NCBI RefSeq assembly: GCF_000143415.4
Contig: NW_003314299.1
Span: 1,738,099 to 1,751,465, forward strand
DNA: 13,367 nt
Direction of reading: 5' to 3'
DNA from: Selaginella moellendorffii
Taxonomy: Eukaryota; Plantae; Lycopodiophyta
Shown: positions 10,565 through 13,367 of the stretch, in pieces
Numbering within the stretch: position 1 is the first letter of the stretch
Layout of the letters: each line of letters begins with the position of its first letter
Position numbers and translations under genes: made by a program
The notes under the pieces: generated by a model
Databases searched by the model: none
Seen by the model: only the letters and a program-made list of their open reading frames with translations
Told to the model about the DNA's origin: nothing

Positions 10565-10821
10565 CATGGGACTATGGTATGGGTGAATGACTAGTATGCT
10601 CTATTTCGTTAAAGTGGGATTTATTCAGTAAAATGGGACTAGGTACAAATTTTCAAGTATTTGAAAATGACGTGAAATTATATGTTTTTTGTCCAGGGGC
10701 TAGACATATCTGAGGCATGGTGATTAGCGCGGTGACTTTATGTTCAGACTGAGTCCATCTGGTTGTATAATAAATCTCATTGTCAAGGTGAACAAGCCGA
10801 ATCTGAAGCTAAAGAAGAGCG

Positions 10822-12152
10822 ATGGCATGTGCGCACACACTATTTGTTTGTTCATTGAGCGTGTGGTGAGCTTTCCAAGATGAACGTCATTCCTATTAGC
10901 CAGACATATAACTTAATGGTGAGAACATTTAGATATTATTCAATGTTATCTTTTTCTAACGAATCTAATTGTGAAGGTGTAGCAAGAGGCATTGCTAGTC
11001 TGGAGAAGTCATTTAACTCATTTGACCCTTAGTGTATTTTCATGAAACTAAATAACATTCATATTATTAAGGAATTTCTCTAGTACCTTTTTTTTACGAC
11101 ATAGAGGCTTGCATTTCTTTCAAAGGTGATTTAGTAAAAAGTCTGAGGGCACATGCCATTCTATTTCTCAGACCGGTATTAAGATATACTAGTGCAAAGG
11201 GAAAAAAGTATTTGGTGATCAAGTAAATGGCATGAGGGCACACGCCATTATAAGCCTAAGCGCTAGTGGACACCTCCTTTTTGGTACTCTCAGCGGTACT
11301 ATCATCCTTCTCCGGGTCAGTTGTTTTGCTTTGGATTGTTGTCTCTGACGTTACTGGGGCGTTCTCGATAGTTGTTAATGTTGCCGTTTGTTCAGAAAAA
11401 TGATCACCTGGAGTATAGTACGGGGAGTTTGGAAGACTTATATATTCTACATCTTCACCTATCTCCTTCTCCGTCTCCTTTTCTGCCTCACTTACAGATT
11501 TTGTGCTTGCCATGAGAACGCTCTTCACCCTAAAATATGGAGTTCGTTGTGTTATAAAAGGAAACCAACACACACGCTGCAAGGGAATGATGGTACATAA
11601 AGCACATAAGCCCACAATATGGGTTTATGTGCCATTAATATGGGCCACACGCCATATTATTAGATTTATGCACGTGTGATTGGTAAATGCATATGTCACA
11701 TCATCTTTGTTTTACCTCACACACTATATCAGGCCTAATGAACCATATCACATGTGCGCACATGCTATATATATGGAGAAGTATTATGCAAGGATAGAAA
11801 TTCAATGCATGATTGTGGAGAGCAATGGCATGAAGCCACATGCTAAATAACATTTTAGAGAAAGAATTAAAATAAAAACATGCAAACAGTACTAAGTGGA
11901 CCAAGACTTAAAAGTGCACAATTGAATGAGGTATTTCTAATAAATACTTCACTCACCTCATATAGGAATGGCTACCACTCTCAAATGGCGTATCGCCTCA
12001 TGCCATCACCTCGCAATTTGTTATAACAATCCGATGAATTCATATTCGGCTTGTTCACCTTGAACTTTAAGTAAGATTTGCTAGAACAACTAAGAATTTA
12101 TACTTGTTATTTGTATCATCTCACCTAGGAATGGCGTAAGGCCACATGCCAT
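10822..12152. repeat. Dispersed 22-bp palindromic motif ATGGCRTG-N6-CAYGCCAT (~8 copies)
   Basis: Full or near-full copies at 10822, 11227, 11747, 11825, 11985 and 12131. Right half-sites at 11152 and 11648. Confidence 0.85.
11256..11513 (-). CDS. Small acidic, Ser/Thr-rich ORF or terminal exon (85 aa from MASTK...; acceptor-like TTTTAG| at 11530)
   Basis: Open frame with coding-like composition (SEAEKETEKEIGEDVEY...DPEKDDSTAESTKKE) amid AT-rich DNA. No recognisable domain. Confidence 0.45.
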   Translation of the reverse strand: MASTKSVSEAEKETEKEIGEDVEYISLPNSPYYTPGDHFSEQTATLTTIENAPVTSETTIQSKTTDPEKDDSTAESTKKEVSTSA

Positions 12153-12186
12153 CACGCCTCCTCTAATTCAGATTCGGATTGTTCAC
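12152..12186 (-). CDS. Predicted terminal coding exon of the transposase (GEQSESELEEA*)
   Basis: Predicted 52-nt intron 12238-12187 with donor AAG|GTGAGA, branch-like CTAAT and acceptor TTTATTTCAAG|. Splicing keeps the frame to TGA at 12154-12152. Confidence 0.6.
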
Positions 12187-12238
12187 CTTGAAATAAAATA
12201 CATTAGAAACTTAGTAAAGGAATATTCATGAATCTCAC

Positions 12239-13367
12239 CTTGAACCCGGGTTATGAATGCTCTTGCTGCATCTCTTGCATGGTCTGGCAAGGTGATGGTG
12301 GCACTCTGCTTCCGCATCCAACCATGCACAACATTATCCACCGATATGCTCATGCTGGGATCCCTTGGATTCAGCACCCATCTCTTTTCTAGGCAATCGT
12401 TCGTATATCCGGAACTTGGCTTGAACCACTCCACAGTTACATTGAAGGAGTTAGTTTCCGCGTCTTCCTCTGCATCAGTGATGCAGCGCCCCACCCATAT
12501 CATTTGTTTTTTATTACTGGGTCTGACAAGCACGACCATTCCTTTGCAGACCTGTACTGGATTGAATGCTGAATCCGGCTTCTTGTTCCTCGGCCCACAA
12601 TAGTGATCCTCAACATCGTTATCTGTCACTGCATTTCCAGAGGACATTGTTCCGCTACTATCTGGTGCTCTGGGTTCTGGCCAAAAGGACTCTTCCAATT
12701 CTTCATATACAACCGGCCCATTTTGGATAGCAGATATAATCTTCTCCCAGTATTCGAGCAAAGGCTTGCACCTCTGAAAATAGGATTCTCCACCAAACAC
12801 CAACCCCCTCTTCCAGAAGGCAATATGCTGTCTAATCCCGGCCACTATACTTTCCTGGTCTTTGAGTCCATCCGGGTGCATCGGCCGTGGGGAACCCTGA
12901 GGAATCATAGGTTCCCCAGTTATGGGATCTCTCTTGAAGAGTTCAATGCCGTCCACTGGCAGCCACACTGTGTCCCATTCTCTCATCTTGTACCTCATCA
13001 CTAGAGCACCGTCACACATGCTGAAATGAAACTGAAGAGGCTTGGAGTGGCCAATCAGCGTTTCGGATCCGTCCCTGATGTAGCCTCTTACAAACCCCTT
13101 AAAGTCTGGAACCTCTGTCAGAAGTGCAGCTTCAACAGTGCCTTTGATGCAATTTTGGAATTCATCGTAGAGTTGTGGGAGGGTGAGGACATTGGATCGC
13201 CGGAGGGACTCTGCCAGGTGACTGAACATGGCATCGACGTCTTCATGAGTGTGCCCAACCATGAGAAAGCCAAGTGTAACCGTTTCAAATATGCCTTTGG
13301 CAACAAGCATCGCCAAGTACGCGAAGAAGTACATGTTTTTGTTCTCACTGCCAGCATTGTCTGTTGA
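12239..13367 (-). CDS. Sola-like / DUF7869-like DDE(D) DNA transposase, 5'-truncated by the window edge
   Basis: The frame is open to 13367 and reads STDNAGSENKNMYFFAYL...GFLMVGHTHEDVDAMFS. DN....NKN and GHT...D..F are the second and third catalytic-residue motifs typical of Sola-type RNase H-fold transposases. No stops over >370 codons. Family assignment is from recalled motifs, not a search. Confidence 0.8.

Noticed and set aside
10822-12152. Palindrome series as a CRISPR array
   Set aside because: Spacing is irregular (~80-400 bp) and the repeats are degenerate; kept as a motif array instead.
12183-12238. ORF-track C-terminus EIHEYSFTKFLMYFISR
   Set aside because: Most likely read-through into a 52-nt GT-AG intron.
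11388-13367. ORFs 11388-11600, 11701-11904, 12253-12603, 12603-13004, 12626-12823, 13026-13367, 13118-13357
   Set aside because: They are antisense or alternate-frame shadows of the transposase and acidic ORF, or AT-rich intron-like sequence.

Overview
This is a eukaryotic, most likely non-seed land-plant, transposon-rich window with no host housekeeping gene. The inference rests on tRNA-iMet primer binding sites (PBS), Ty3/gypsy relics and very short GT-AG introns. Positions 1-10564 are decayed retroelement DNA: a near-complete ~560-bp TRIM (424-983) with LTRs, PBS, polypurine tract (PPT) and target-site duplication (TSD); two Ty3/gypsy pol relics diverging from one LTR (5433-5964); a second TRIM whose 5' LTR is split into complementary halves 7.7 kb apart; and three arrays of a GAGATGG-based 11/12-bp minisatellite. 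Positions ~10565-13367 look much younger. They hold the 3' part of an intact minus-strand Sola-like (DUF7869-like) DDE transposase with a BAH/Tudor-like C-terminal barrel. Downstream of it lies a ~1.4-kb region with about eight copies of a 22-bp palindrome (ATGGCRTG-N6-CAYGCCAT), repeated exon-intron units, an inverted copy of the last exon and a small acidic ORF. That downstream region is the most unusual part of the window. All calls come from manual reading; no database searches were run.
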